From: Anolis carolinensis
Lineage: Eukaryota
Reading direction: 5' to 3'
DNA: 64,000 nt
Assembly (NCBI RefSeq): GCF_035594765.1
Contig: NC_085841.1
Coordinates: forward strand, 115,739,574 to 115,803,573
Part shown: one piece after another, positions 1 through 12,106 of the stretch
Numbering within the stretch: position 1 is the first letter of the stretch
How the letters are laid out: each line of letters opens with the position of its first letter
Translations under genes and position numbers: made by a program
The notes under the pieces: model-generated
Told to the model about the DNA's origin: nothing
What the model saw: the letters and a program-made list of their open reading frames with translations, nothing else
Database searches by the model: none

Positions 1-155
1 CTACGTTTTTCCAGTAAAAGCAAAATGGAAGAGTAGAGAAGACTTAATGCTTTCAGAATACAATTACAATACAAATGCAACTAAGAAGAGGTCCAAAGAT
101 AATGATGACTAGAAATTATGGAAGTATGAAGCTCTCAGTTACTAATGATACAAAC

Positions 156-296
156 CAGTTTGATGGCTTTTCTCCTCAGTTCCCATTCATTCCACTCATA
201 GTCTTTCACAATAGTCGGTGGCAAAATATGGGTGTCAGTCTGAGTACTGGTGTCAGATTTTGTGATTGGCAGCAAGCTTTTCTCTTTAGCTCTGAT
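156..296 (-). CDS. CFAP206: CFAP206 coding exon 11 (terminal exon lies outside the window)
   Basis: AG/GT-bounded 141-nt phase 0-0 exon: IRAKEKSLLPITKSDTSTQTDTHILPPTIVKDYEWNEWELRRKAIKL; matches the recalled CFAP206 motif YEWNEWELRRKAIKL. Confidence 0.93.
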
Positions 297-837
297 CTGG
301 AGCAACAGCAAAATTATTATCATTATTTATTATTTATTTCTATCCCGCTTTTCTCCCGTGGGTGGGATTCAAAGCGGCATACAACATATAAAATTCATAC
401 AAATACATCCGACCGCAGTACAAAATCAGATTAAAACATCATCCTAATATAAAAACCCAATTAACATATCAGATAAAACAATTTTAAAAACTTGCAGCAA
501 ACACCATTTACAGATATCCATAACCTCCGGCCACTAAAGTTATTTGTCAGGAATTATCAAATTATTTGCAAGAAAACAATACTTTATTTTAGATTTCTGT
601 TATAACCATTCTGGAAGAATAGCTTAAAATTCTGCTTTAATTTGAAAGAATATGTTTTTCGTGTACACTTGCTTTGTTCTCATTAAGCACTAAATAAAAG
701 CTGAAGGAAAGTTTGCTGGCAAAAGAGCACATAACAATATACTTTCAGAAGGGCTTCTCCAGGGCTTAAATATACTGCTGTAGAAATTGGATTTCTTGGA
801 GGGCCCTGAATCAATACAAGACAAATATGGCAAATAC

Positions 838-1031
838 CTGAGAATATGGGGCAAGTGACTCAAACTGCTGATGAAGCTCAAGCAGCTGAATCAGCTCTGC
901 AGACTCCTTTGCTTTTTCTGCAGTCATCTTAATATACTTCTCAGGATTCTCAACAAAAGTATATGCAGCTTCCTTGGAACTAAAAGCATACAATTTCTCC
1001 TTGTATTTCAGGACTCCAAGAGATGGATTTC
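838..1031 (-). CDS. CFAP206: CFAP206 coding exon 10
   Basis: 194 nt, phase 1-0: (G)NPSLGVLKYKEKLYAFSSKEAAYTFVENPEKY...ELIQLLELHQQFESLAPYSQ. Confidence 0.93.
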
Positions 1032-2189
1032 CTAAAAAAGAGATGGTAAAAAAATATTTTCTTCCTGGTATTTCTGATAAATATTATAGTTTTGCCACTG
1101 ACATTAAGACTATGCAAAGCAGTCAACTCTCTTAGAAAGTCCATTCTTAATAATTTCCCAGCCATCCCATGTTCATTTCTGTAAAATAATCAAGTAACTA
1201 AGGTACTCCATACCCAATTCTCCAAAATGTTTAAAGCTGAAACATTCTTTGAAAACATACATTTTCGAATTCTACTTCCTTTGTTGAGATCTCAGAGGCA
1301 AAGTTATATTAATATCTTACAATCCCATCCCACCCCCAGAAATACTGAAAAACAATTTAAATCAATATGAATCAATTCCGTATAATAGCGGCATGGGTGT
1401 TCATGTTCAGTGGAGGTTCTGTAACACTTTTCTCTCCTCAAAGAAATGGGATCTAGACATTAGAGGCAACTATATGCAAATGGCATGATGCTGCAGTTTT
1501 TCCAGTGATACCCCCCAAAATGATTATAAACTAAAGTATGGAAAAGTTCTAGTAATCTTTTTATTACATTAGCAGTAAATCATAGCTGTATAATTGCAGT
1601 GGTGGCTCACTGTCAAATCTATTAAGACCAGAAAGCAGTACAGAACCAAGGAGGATATCAGATCTGACAGGGAAGTAATAGCTGATGTCACCAACTTTCA
1701 GTGAGATGTGAACATATAATCAGCTATTCCTGTTCTTGGTTTTCCTCTCCATCCCTGTACCAAAATACTGTTATTCTGTTTTTTGCTCTACCTTCAAATA
1801 CGTCTTTATTCAAAGGGGAACACCACTCAATGGGACAAATCAATTTATTGAAGAACAAAACTATACATCAAAATCACTTTTTTCCAATAGCTGATGTACA
1901 ATTTCCCCAATGATGAAGTAAGCACATCTTCAAAATGCATTGAGAATGCCTTTCCTATTTTTCTTGTGTTTTCTTCTAGGAGTTGTTTGTTCTGAAGTCA
2001 TTATTCACTCAATGTCTTCCTTCCTAAAATGTTTGCTGTGTTTCTACTTCCTAACAAAGATGTTGCATTTTTTCTACTCTCTCTTTTCACTGTCTCAAAT
2101 CCCTCTTATTCCCCACACAAATGATGAATAGATGAAAGATGAATAATATTCTTAAAGCAAGAATCTTTTCAATCTAATCTTTGAGATAC

Positions 2190-2330
2190 CTGGGAGGAGG
2201 AGACCATCTTTCACAGCAAAAGTGTAAGCACAAAAGCCATGAAACTGAATCACCAGCTGGTTAAAGTTGACTGTAGTTTCTGGAAAGAGCCATTCTTCTT
2301 TAGTAAAGTCAGCAGGATTTACTTTGGTTT
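2190..2330 (-). CDS. CFAP206: CFAP206 coding exon 9
   Basis: 141 nt, phase 1-1: (E)TKVNPADFTKEEWLFPETTVNFNQLVIQFHGFCAYTFAVKDGLLLP(G); not in the ORF track, translated by hand. Confidence 0.93.
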
Positions 2331-3107
2331 CTGAAATATAACAGCCAGAAGGTAAAGCAACTTACTACTATTTATTATAAAAATAAATATAGATTTGTTG
2401 AAGAAAATATTCACAGTAGCACTGAGATAATCAAAACATATTCATATATATAATTTCTAGAGCAAGTTTGATATGTTAAGAAAGTCATAGCACACATTCT
2501 CTTAAAGTACTTGGAATCTGACAGAATTTGGCATAGCATATTTCCTCCACAAGGGACAGGAAGTGCAGAGAAACTTTTGCTCTCTGAAGCAGCTTCCGGA
2601 TCGAGCCACAAAGCTCTTCCAGTATTGCGAACATTTAAAGAACAGATACTAAAAAGGATTAAGTGCACAGTGTATTGTGAGTCTGAAGATGAGAGAGATA
2701 AATCAGGGATAAATCTCCTTTGGAGAATGTTGTGCAACCTCATTTCTTCTCCGTTGTCTCAGAAATGCCCATGTTTCTGTCAAGAAAGGGCTAAACTGTT
2801 TTTCTGGGAAAGTTTCAGGAGTGGCAATTCAACTATTCAGGGTTCTTCTGAACTGTTTATCATAAACAAATCTGTAAAATCAGAATGGAACTTCCAGCCA
2901 CTTCCAAGGCATTTTCTTCATTTTGTGGCAGGAGGATTTTTGAAGGTTTCTGATAGTCCCAGCTTCAGAAGACTAGTCCCACACCCATTGCCCATCCCAG
3001 CTATAAACATCCATAGGACCTTTAGCTTTAAGATAGCTAAAGTAGTTTACAAACTTCATGACAAATAATTAAACTCAATAGGTCATGATTCATTAGTATA
3101 CATGTAC

Positions 3108-3306
3108 CAGCATTTTCCATTAACCTTTCTTTATCCGTTTTCACAGTAATGCCTTCAAGAAGGGATTCCATTACATCTTCTGGAAAGATTAGCATATGGC
3201 TTCCCAAAAATTGCTGAAGATTGACAGTCAAGTTGTTGAGGAAACTGAGCACCAGTATCTCATCTTGAAAACTAGTCCAAAGGTTAGAAAGTGTAATAAA
3301 AATAGG
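3108..3306 (-). CDS. CFAP206: CFAP206 coding exon 8
   Basis: 199 nt, phase 0-1: PIFITLSNLWTSFQDEILVLSFLNNLTVNLQQFLGSHMLIFPE...KTDKERLMENA. Confidence 0.92.
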
Positions 3307-3912
3307 CTATAAAAACAAAGATAGATAGTAAAGTTGGTTTTAATTATCTTTTTAAATAAGTCTCATATTTAATTCTGTTTTAATGTTTTTATACTTTTAA
3401 TTCATACATTATGCAGTTTTAATTGCTAGCCATGTTGAGTCTCCTTGAGAGAAATACTATAATAAATACAATTGCCTATCTGTGAAACAATACTACCCTC
3501 TTATCAGAATTTGTATCAACTATTTTATGTGTACACTGGGTAAAATAAAACAACACAGAATATAACAGAATATAATATATAATTTTAAAATATTTAATTT
3601 CAAATTTTATTTAAATTTTGTGAAATAATTTAAATAAATATTAAATACATTTTTTCTCTGTGCAAGGTGCATATAATTTATTCACCGGTCAAAGGAGAAG
3701 AATATTGCAATAAATTATTAATTATATTCTTAAAGAAAAAACAGACCTGATCTATAATTTGTGTAACTGGGATGATACTCTCAAAATATTCTAACTATAA
3801 TATTTATACTCTTTTTTTCATGCATACTTTGAAATCAGAGATTGTATTTTCTACCACAGTGATATACATTCATTCAAATAGAGGGCAGAGGGAACATTAA
3901 TGCTATAAAGTT

Positions 3913-4075
3913 AAGCCAGCGTGATGCAGTAGTTTGAGCATAGGACTATGACTCTGGAGACCAGGGTTAGAGTACTGCGGCCAGCCACGTAAATCCAGTG
4001 GATGAGTCTTGTCAGCCTCAGGCAGGAGCAAACACAATCTCCTCTGAAAAATCTTGCCAAGAAAACCTTGTGATG
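3913..4075 (+). mobile_element. Old tRNA-derived MIR/CORE-like SINE; its tail resumes near 4665-4705
   Basis: Similar to copies at 29925-30135 (-) and 58725-58937 (+); tail resembling GACTTGAAGGCAC. Confidence 0.6.
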
Positions 4076-4146
4076 TATGCAACTTCAGGTTGCCTCTCAC
4101 CTTATGGTGATCCCATGTATTTTTCACAGGGTTTTCTTGAACAAGG

Positions 4147-4603
4147 GCCGGGCTGTGGCGCAGCTGTTGAGCAGCTGCCTTAAATCACTCTGACCATGAG
4201 GTCATGAGTTCGAGGCCAGCCCGTGGCGGGGTAAGCACCCGTCAATTAAAAATAAAAAATAGCCCCTGCTCGTTGCTGACCTAGCAACCCGAAAGATAGT
4301 TGCATCTATCAAGTAGGAGATAAGGTACCACTTTTAAAGTGGGGAGGCAAGATTAACTAATTTACGACCTGGAATGAGGAAGTGCCGTCAGTGTGGATGA
4401 TGAAGCAGCTGCTCCCCCGTGGCCAGAATCGAACATTCCCTCAGAAGAAGGTTAACTTGCCTCTGTGTGTGTCTCTCAGTCTCTGTTTGATGTGTTTATG
4501 GGCATTGAATGTTTGCCCTATGTGTGTTATAATGTGATCCGCCCTGAGTCCCCTTCGGGGTGAGAAGGGCGGAATATAAATACTGTAAATAAATAAATAA
4601 ATA
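4147..4603 (+). mobile_element. Young tRNA-derived SINE with L2-type tail (Anolis SINE2-like), full length
   Basis: A/B boxes (TGGCGCAGCTG, GAGTTCGAGGC); (AAAT)n tail; TSD AACAAGG at 4140-4146 and 4604-4610. Confidence 0.85.
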
Positions 4604-4625
4604 AACAAGGAGTACACTGGCATTA

Positions 4626-4650
4626 GTCTCCCATCCAAGTACTAACCAGG
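4626..4650 (-). pseudogene. 25-nt 5S rRNA-derived fragment
   Basis: Reverse complement CCTGGTTAGTACTTGGATGGGAGAC matches the vertebrate 5S rRNA internal control region as recalled. Confidence 0.7.
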
Positions 4651-5034
4651 GCTAACCTTGGTAGGATCACTGTAAGTTGGAAATTACTTTGAAGGCACAT
4701 AATACGTAACAATAACATTTTCTATGAACCACTAAAAGCTTTCTTTTGAGTGTAAAGTCTCAGGTTCAGACAAGGATAGATGATAGGAGATCAATGTTTG
4801 ATTTTTTTAAAAAGGGCTAAATAGAGCTTCTGCATCAGGCAAGATTATTACTGCCCCCAAACAGACAAATAATTTCTGTCTCAGCATTCTTTCTCTCTCA
4901 CAAAGCTCATTGGTCCACTTATAAAATATCACCTTATGGATGTTTCATTATTTTGCTCTGCCTGATAAATAGGAGCTCCTGGGGTGGAATCAGATTTAGG
5001 AAACAGACTTGCAGGGGTGTGGGGACAGTATGCA

Positions 5035-5268
5035 TTATTTATTTATTTATTTATTTACAGCATTTATATTCTGCCCTTCTCACCCCGAAGGGGACTCAGG
5101 GCGGATCACATTACACATATAGGCAAACATTCAATGCCTTTTAACATAGAACAAAGACAAACAAACATAGGCTCCGAGCTGGGCCTCGAACTCATGACCT
5201 CCTAGTCAGAGTGATTCATTGCAGTGATTGATTGCAGCTGGTCTCCCGCCTGCGCCACAGCCCGAGCC
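5035..5268 (-). mobile_element. Short subfamily of the same SINE2 (shared head and tail, no central body)
   Basis: Head and L2-type tail align to 4147-4603. Confidence 0.8.
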
Positions 5269-5342
5269 CAGGGCTCTCCTCCTCAGTATTGCATCGCAAA
5301 TCATGTGCTTCCACTCTTGCATTTAGTCTCCAGGAGACTGCA

Positions 5343-5533
5343 GGTGCAGCTATACTGTAGAATTAATGCAATTTGACTCCACTTTAACTACCATGGCTCA
5401 ATGCTAAGGAATCATAGAAGATGTAGGTTTTATAAGGTCTTTAGCCTTCTCTGCTGCTCCCATGATCCCCTAGCATTGAGCCATGCCCATTAAAGTGCGG
5501 TCAAACTGCACTAATTCTATAGTGTATCTGCAC
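5343..5533. mobile_element. Palindromic MITE, Harbinger-like (GGTGCATCTACACTGTAGAATTAATGCA termini)
   Basis: Long inverted arms; related pieces at ~23037, 32783, 34560, 39405, 43560 and 51448-51597. Confidence 0.7.
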
Positions 5534-6321
5534 TGTGAGTCACAGGTGGTCATCTCAGTTACTTATTCCCTAAAAGAAAAAGTCAAAAGTAAATTTTTGA
5601 CCATACAGTTTTAAGCGGGGCAGGGGGGAGATGAACAAGTATGGTAATCTGGTGTTCCTTTAAATCGGGATGGAGAATGGATCGTCTCCCAGCTGTCATT
5701 GGACTGCAGCTTATACCCTCTCACCATTTGGTACATTGGCTAGGACTGAACCCAATGGTACCAGAGGAAGACATGCTCTCCATTTCTGCTTTAAATAAGG
5801 AGCACAGTAACATGCTTGAGCTTGTATCTGTGTTTCCAAAGGTTCAGAAGAACCACAATTTTAGAAAGGTAAGTCCAAAATTCCCTTGGACTAAATGCAA
5901 AGGCAAGAATCCAATTTTCTCTCCTGAACAACAGAGAAAAGGTCTGTGCTGTGATCTCTGCACAATTTATATGAAAATTCAGATACAGAAAACTAAACAA
6001 GCCCTTACTTACCTTTAATAAATGAACACACCCTAAATCCAAATGTATGCTGTAACAAAAGTATTGATGGAATGTACACAAATTTTGACTTGCTCAATTC
6101 CCAATAATCCAGTGAGTCTATTTCAGCTGAGACTAACAAATGGATTTAGGTAAAAATTGGGTATCATGTTGCCCCCACCAATGGTGTTGGACTGTAACTC
6201 TGCTGGTGATGAGGAATGCTGGGAGATACAGTTGAACAACATCTCAATTTCTACACAATCCCCACTCCTAATTTAGGTTTTGTGGCTCAATTATAAACAT
6301 ACTTGAAATTCAGAAACTCAC

Positions 6322-6441
6322 ATAAACAAGTGATGTAGGTACGGCTGTCTTCGCTCGAACAATGTTTTTGAGCTCTTCCATCTGGGCTTCAAACTGCTTG
6401 TGCATCATATCAACTTCTTGTGCACATGTTATCACATCAGA
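6322..6441 (-). CDS. CFAP206: CFAP206 coding exon 7
   Basis: 120 nt, phase 0-0: SDVITCAQEVDMMHKQFEAQMEELKNIVRAKTAVPTSLVY; donor GTGAGT. Confidence 0.92.
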
Positions 6442-6956
6442 CTGGAAAGATAATATATACAAGATAACAGTTTCATCACCAGAACAAAACTAATCATGGG
6501 TTGGCTCTCTCATAAAGACCTCACTTTTTGGATTGCTTAGGTAATTGTGATGCCATTCCAACCTTTTAATGCCACAACATTAGTTATAAAACTTACTCAT
6601 TCAGCATGGTTAATATAGAATAAAATCTCATAGCATTTAGTAGGATTTCATAACAAATACATGCAGAAAATTTAACATCTAAAATAACGTTAACTGGGTT
6701 GATTTTGTGAACTGTTGATTGAATGATCTTCAGGCAAAGGCACAAAAAATAAAAAGGTATGACTTCCAGTTGAGATGATGCTGTGAGTAATAAAGCTGTC
6801 TATGTTTTGATGGTTGTTTTACTTTGTTTTATCTTCTCAGCATTCCATTGGTTTTAATTAAAGCATTGTCCCCTCACCGAGTGCTAACTAGTTAGGCTTT
6901 TCTTAGTAAATATAAATAATTTAAGGCAATCTATGAAATGCAGAACAGATTCTTAC

Positions 6957-7165
6957 CAGAATAACACAGAGAAAAGCCTCATGTTGCCTCACATTATACA
7001 GTACTTCTTTTAACATTGTCATCCTTAGTTCCATCTCAGCATTTTGACTGTAGTGCATCATTTCAATCAAGGCTGTATAGCGATAAGCCAACCCCTGAGA
7101 AGCATGTAGCTCTAGGTCTATATGATGGCTGGCAGCAGGGACAGCCTCCTCAAGAATACCTGGCA
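6957..7165 (-). CDS. CFAP206: CFAP206 coding exon 6
   Basis: 209 nt, phase 1-0: (L)PGILEEAVPAASHHIDLEL...LKEVLYNVRQHEAFLCVIL; donor GTAAGA. Confidence 0.92.
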
Positions 7166-7744
7166 CTGGAAACAAAGAGTGGATTTGAAACATACAGATT
7201 CTATACAGTGATTATTTTAAAAGAACAGGGTCTGTTTAATAACTGGACAAATACATTTCCCACATAGTCATCTAAATTATTATGGCTGGGCTTCAGAAGA
7301 ATGCAGGTAATCGTACATGCCAAGACTTTAGAAAGATCTATTTCTTCTCAATCCCTTTACATGCTTGGAATAATGTCTCCTGAAGGCCAGGAGATCTTTT
7401 GACGAATTGAGCATGGCACAAAAAATTGCACATGCAAAGGCAAAAAAATCACACAACTTCTCTGCATGTACAAGAAGCCTTTGAGCATGCTCTCAGGTCT
7501 TGTTGGACCCCGGTTTTTAGCCTATTTATCACTTAAAATACCTGTTATTAGTCAGTCAACTTTATCTCCAATCGTCTATAGTTTATAGATAAAACATTCC
7601 TTGAAGACTGTTAAACTGTTTTTCTGGACTCCCCACAAACTTTTGATCAGACCTGAATATTCTTAACATATGGTATCTGAAAGCGACCTAATGTGTAATG
7701 CAGAAATACCCTTAATATCTAATATTAGGTTCCTATATACCTAC

Positions 7745-7903
7745 AGTCATCAATGCCTTCTCCTCCTTTCCCACAGTCCTTGTTGAATAATCGAATTCCT
7801 GTGACAATCATGGTGAGTTCTTTCAACTGCCGCTCTTTCTCTTTTTTACTGAGAGAAAGGAAAGCAGCAAGCTCTGTTTGAGGAAATACACTCTGCAGGG
7901 CAG
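7745..7903 (-). CDS. CFAP206: CFAP206 coding exon 5
   Basis: 159 nt, phase 1-1: (A)ALQSVFPQTELAAFLSLSKKEKERQLKELTMIVTGIRLFNKDCGKGGEGIDD. Confidence 0.95.
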
Positions 7904-8651
7904 CTGGAAAATATTAAATATGTCATACAAAAAAGAGAATACATTCAGTTAATAATTGTTTTAATAATAAAATTATTCAAAAGTTAAATTTTGGAAGTTC
8001 GTTTGGGAAGAGATAAAACTCTCAAGTTTTTCTCCACCTTTACAGAAATTTTTATATGTTTTCCTGCATCAATACAAGTAGATTGTCAACATTATGTACA
8101 AAGTATTAATTTAGCTGTAGAATCTATTTAGAACCAAAATAATTCAACATCCTAGTTAGCAACAAGCTTAGAAGGCCACACTGAGCAGAGTAAAAACTGA
8201 CTGGTAAATGCTTCAACTCCAACCACAATTTGGAGATCTAGGCAACTGTCAACTGCTGTTGGGACTATTGTTTTTCTCTTGGCAAACCAGTCCAAGATTT
8301 AAGGAAGCTATTTGAGGTGTAGGTAATACGTTGGATATCTGCTTACATTAGGACACTTTGAAATGCAAAATTAGGGAGGGCTCTCATGATCTGTTCAGAC
8401 TTATTTTGTCATCTGCAGCAAAATTTATAAATTAGTGTTTTGAGTTAGTTTGTGATTTGAAAATGTACTTTGCACTGTTTTTAGACCTGTTGTTAGCTTC
8501 CTTTAACACTTCTGCATGAGGCAAAAAAGATGATTTAAAAGGTTTTAATTTTAAAACAGAGTTTAAAAGCCACCAGCTGCGCATCAGTCTCTGCCATATT
8601 AGAATGGGTGTTAATAAACGTCATAAGTAACTGTATGAAAGTTTTACTAAC

Positions 8652-8840
8652 CTGTTGCCTCTCTAATAACCCTGATGTCTGTAGGGGATCCAAGGCCAGA
8701 GCGCAGCAGCACATAGCTGACAATCTTGCGATAAACACTTTCCAGCTCTTCTCGAGTACGGGCGCGGTTATCTGTAATTTCTCTGCTCACGGGAGCAAGT
8801 CTGGACTCCAGAACATGATGCTGTTCATTAATTAACTCAA
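8652..8840 (-). CDS. CFAP206: CFAP206 coding exon 4
   Basis: 189 nt, phase 1-1: (V)ELINEQHHVLESRLAPVSREITDNRAR...YVLLRSGLGSPTDIRVIREAT. Confidence 0.95.
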
Positions 8841-9269
8841 CTAAAAAGAAACAAAAAACCATATCTAAGTAATCTGTGTCATTAGTCAATATGTAAATCT
8901 GGCCTACATATTCTGCAGTTGTACATCTACTGGAACATGGCCATACAGCCCGAAAAACTCACAGCAACCCAGTTATACATCTGTTCTGATGCAAGGCCCA
9001 TATGAATACAATTGCTCAAACATACATCAACAGCCCTGTAGAATACTTAATTACAAATACCTGCTTCTTATGCATTTAGATTCTTTATGATCTTCTCATT
9101 TTGAGACATTAGGATTGCAATTGTAATGGATTCTTTGAGTGAACACAGTAAGGCTCACACCTAGGTAAATTATATAAATTGCATTGAGGAATTGGTAGTT
9201 TAACAGCCTTGGATATAATTGCACTACCACATTTCACAGACAAACTCAGCAGAGCCGCAAACCGATTAC

Positions 9270-9360
9270 CTCTGTTTGTATAGTTCATATCAAAATAGAC
9301 TTGCATCTTGATAGTGTCTAGGCTTGGATTTCTCGTGTCAAGAAGTCTGTCAATGGAAAG
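9270..9360 (-). CDS. CFAP206: CFAP206 coding exon 3
   Basis: 91 nt, phase 0-1: LSIDRLLDTRNPSLDTIKMQVYFDMNYTNR. Confidence 0.95.
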
Positions 9361-10212
9361 CTGAAACAAAAAAAGAACCCTCAAGTAATTATTTCAAGTC
9401 ACTTATCTAAAATAACATTATTCTGATACAGCAACTTAATTAACCGAAGACTTTTCACACAGGAGAGAATCCTTTATCTCAACAAATTCTGTCTTATTTA
9501 GAACAGTAATCAAGCAACTGAAGAGCGCTATTGTAAAAATGATATAATAAGTCTTTATAGTGTGGCCAAAAATATATTGCTATGATGTAGTTTAACAAAT
9601 AAAAATTCAGCATACAACTTCTGCTGAGTAGCAGAATACACCATATAATTAAGTGGTGTGAAATAGGATAGATTTGGAATGAATAACCCAAAGTACCCAT
9701 GAGAATAGATCTGAATTTGATATACAATATTATGCAGTTACATGGATTTTGAACGAAGTTACATAGCAGTTACAAATGGTGCCTTTCCCTTCTGGATAAT
9801 GCCATGGCTGCCCCCAAGAGTCCCACAAGTACGAGGTCGGTCTACTTTGTTCCTAAGAAAGGGATATCCCACAACACCGAGGAGGAAGCAACCTACTGGG
9901 CGGAGATGAATACGAACACATATATTCATTAGCAAGTCTGCCTGCTAGTGATTGAAAATGGTACTGCAGGCTTCAAACGGATATATTTAAATTAGTTTTA
10001 ATTAATATGTTTTTAAAAACTAAACAACCCCCATGTTTCGGCCCCTTCAGCACACCCACCATCTTCCATTCCTGGGTTTCTGTCCTTTAAAAAAAAAAAC
10101 CCAGGAATTTTGACAAGTGTCCATATTTCAGGGTATAAGTGCTTGGAGGGAATGGAAATAATATCATAAAATATGGTAATCTATTAATACAACTTGGTCT
10201 CAACATATACTA

Positions 10213-10535
10213 CAGTAGAGTCTCACTTATCCAAGCCTCGCTTATCCAAGGCTGTGGATAATCCAAGCCATTTCTCTAGTCAATGTTTTCAATATATCAT
10301 GATATTTTGGTGCTAAAGTCGTAAATACAGTAATTACAACATAACATTACTGAGTATTGAACTACTTTTTCTGTAAAATTTGTTGTATAACATGATGTTT
10401 TGGTGCTTAATTTGTAAAATCATAACCTAATTTGATGTTTAATAGGCTTTTTCTTAATCCCTCCTTATTATCCAAGATATTCGCTTATCGAAGCTTCTGC
10501 TGGCCCGTTTAGCTTGGATAAGTGAGACTCTACTG
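10213..10535. mobile_element. Tc1/pogo-type MITE
   Basis: TIR CAGTAGAGTCTCACTTATCCAAG with TA TSD; four near-identical copies in the window. Confidence 0.88.
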
Positions 10536-10568
10536 TACTTTGCTTTTTATTTTGCTATACCTTATGGG

Positions 10569-11301
10569 CAGGGGTCCCCAAACTAAGGCCCGGGGGCCGG
10601 ATACGGCCCTCCAAGGTCATTTACCTGGCCCCTGCCCTCAGTTTTATAATATAATATTTTTATATCAGTTTTAATAATATAATATTGTATATACACATAA
10701 TATTGATAGAAATATTACAATGTAATACAATGTAACACTAATAATAATACCGTATAATAATATTAATTATATATTATATATTACATGTACTATTACTAAT
10801 AATATTACAATATAGTGGTATAATTCAATATAGCAATATATAATGCTAATATTGTTCTATGTTAATAATATAATATATTGTATATAGATATAAATTGTAA
10901 GCCGCTCTGAGTTCCCTTCGGGGTGAGAAGGACAGGATATAAATGTAGTAAATAAATAAATAATAAATAAATAAATTTTTGACTTAGGCTCGCCCAAAAT
11001 CTGAAATGACTTGAAGGCACACAACAACAATAATCCTAATTAACTTGACTATCTTGTTGGCCAGAAGCAGGTCCACACTTCCCATTGAAATCCTGATCGG
11101 TTTGAGTTGGTTAAAATTGTTTTTCTTTTTAAATATTGTATTTTTCTTTCATTGTTGTTGTTGTTTTTGCACTACAAATAAGACATATGCAGTGTGCATA
11201 GGAATTTGTTCATTTTTTTTTTCTTCAAATGATCATTCGGCCCTTCAACAGTCTAAAGGATTGTGGACCGGCCTTCTGCTTTAAAAGTTTGAGGACCCCT
11301 G
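10569..11301 (+). mobile_element. Non-autonomous hAT, OposCharlie1 (OC1)-like
   Basis: TIR CAGGGGTCC(C/T)CAAACT; direct repeat CCTTATGGG on both flanks; subterminal sequence resembles recalled OC1 ends. Confidence 0.8.
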
Positions 11302-11368
11302 CCTTATGGGGTACCTTCAGTCTGACACTCAAAATCTATTTCACAAGTCTTCATCAAGATTCTCCTGT

Positions 11369-11830
11369 ATTTATTTATTTATTTATTTACGGTATTTATA
11401 TTCCGCCCTTCTCACCCCGAAGGGGACTCAGGGCGGATCACATTATAACACACATAGGGCAAACATTCAATGCCCATAAACACATCAAACAGAGACTGAG
11501 AGACACACACAGAGGCAAGTTAACCTTCTTCTGAGGGGATGTTCGATTCTGGCCACAGGGGGGAGCAGCTGCTTCATCATCCACACTGATGGCACTTCCT
11601 CATTCCAGGTCGTAAATTAGTTAATCTTGCCTCCCCACTTTATAAGTGGTACCTTATCTCCTACTTGATAGATGCAACTATCTTTCGGGTTGCTAGGTCA
11701 GCAACGAGCAGGGGCTATTTTTTATTTTTAATTGACGGGTGCTCACCCCGCCACGGGCTGGCCTCGAACTCATGACCACATGGTCAGAGTGATTTAAGGC
11801 AGCTGCTCAACAGCTGCGCCACAGCCCGGC
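11369..11830 (-). mobile_element. Young SINE2 copy, ~98% identical to 4147-4603
   Basis: About 8 differences over ~455 nt by manual alignment. Confidence 0.88.
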
Positions 11831-12022
11831 CTCCTTCTGTATAGTTGAATACAGCTTCTTCCTATTTTTCCCCTTTAGTTGAATCTTCAAAAATAGCACA
11901 TTTAAATTGCTTTGTTAAGCAATGAAAAGCTGCTGATCACTTAATGCTTTAATCTGTTGTCACATAATTGTATGAATATTATCAAACAATCTTTTACAAC
12001 ATGTTCCAAAAGAAGGAATTAC

Positions 12023-12106
12023 CTTAATAAGTTTTTGGACATCCGCTTTTGTAAGGGTCCTGTCCACATTAAATCCATTCTTTGGATCCAACACAACAGC
12101 TTTCAC
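12023..12106 (-). CDS. CFAP206: CFAP206 coding exon 2
   Basis: 84 nt, phase 0-0: VKAVVLDPKNGFNVDRTLTKADVQKLIK. Confidence 0.94.

Noticed and set aside
75-434. 119-aa plus-strand ORF and similar ORFs opposite exons (7016, 8608, 23805, 26059, 57840)
   Set aside because: Antisense shadows of genuine coding exons.
4147-4225. tRNA-like A/B boxes as tRNA genes (also heads at 38297, 53456, 49276)
   Set aside because: No complete cloverleaf; followed by SINE bodies and tails.
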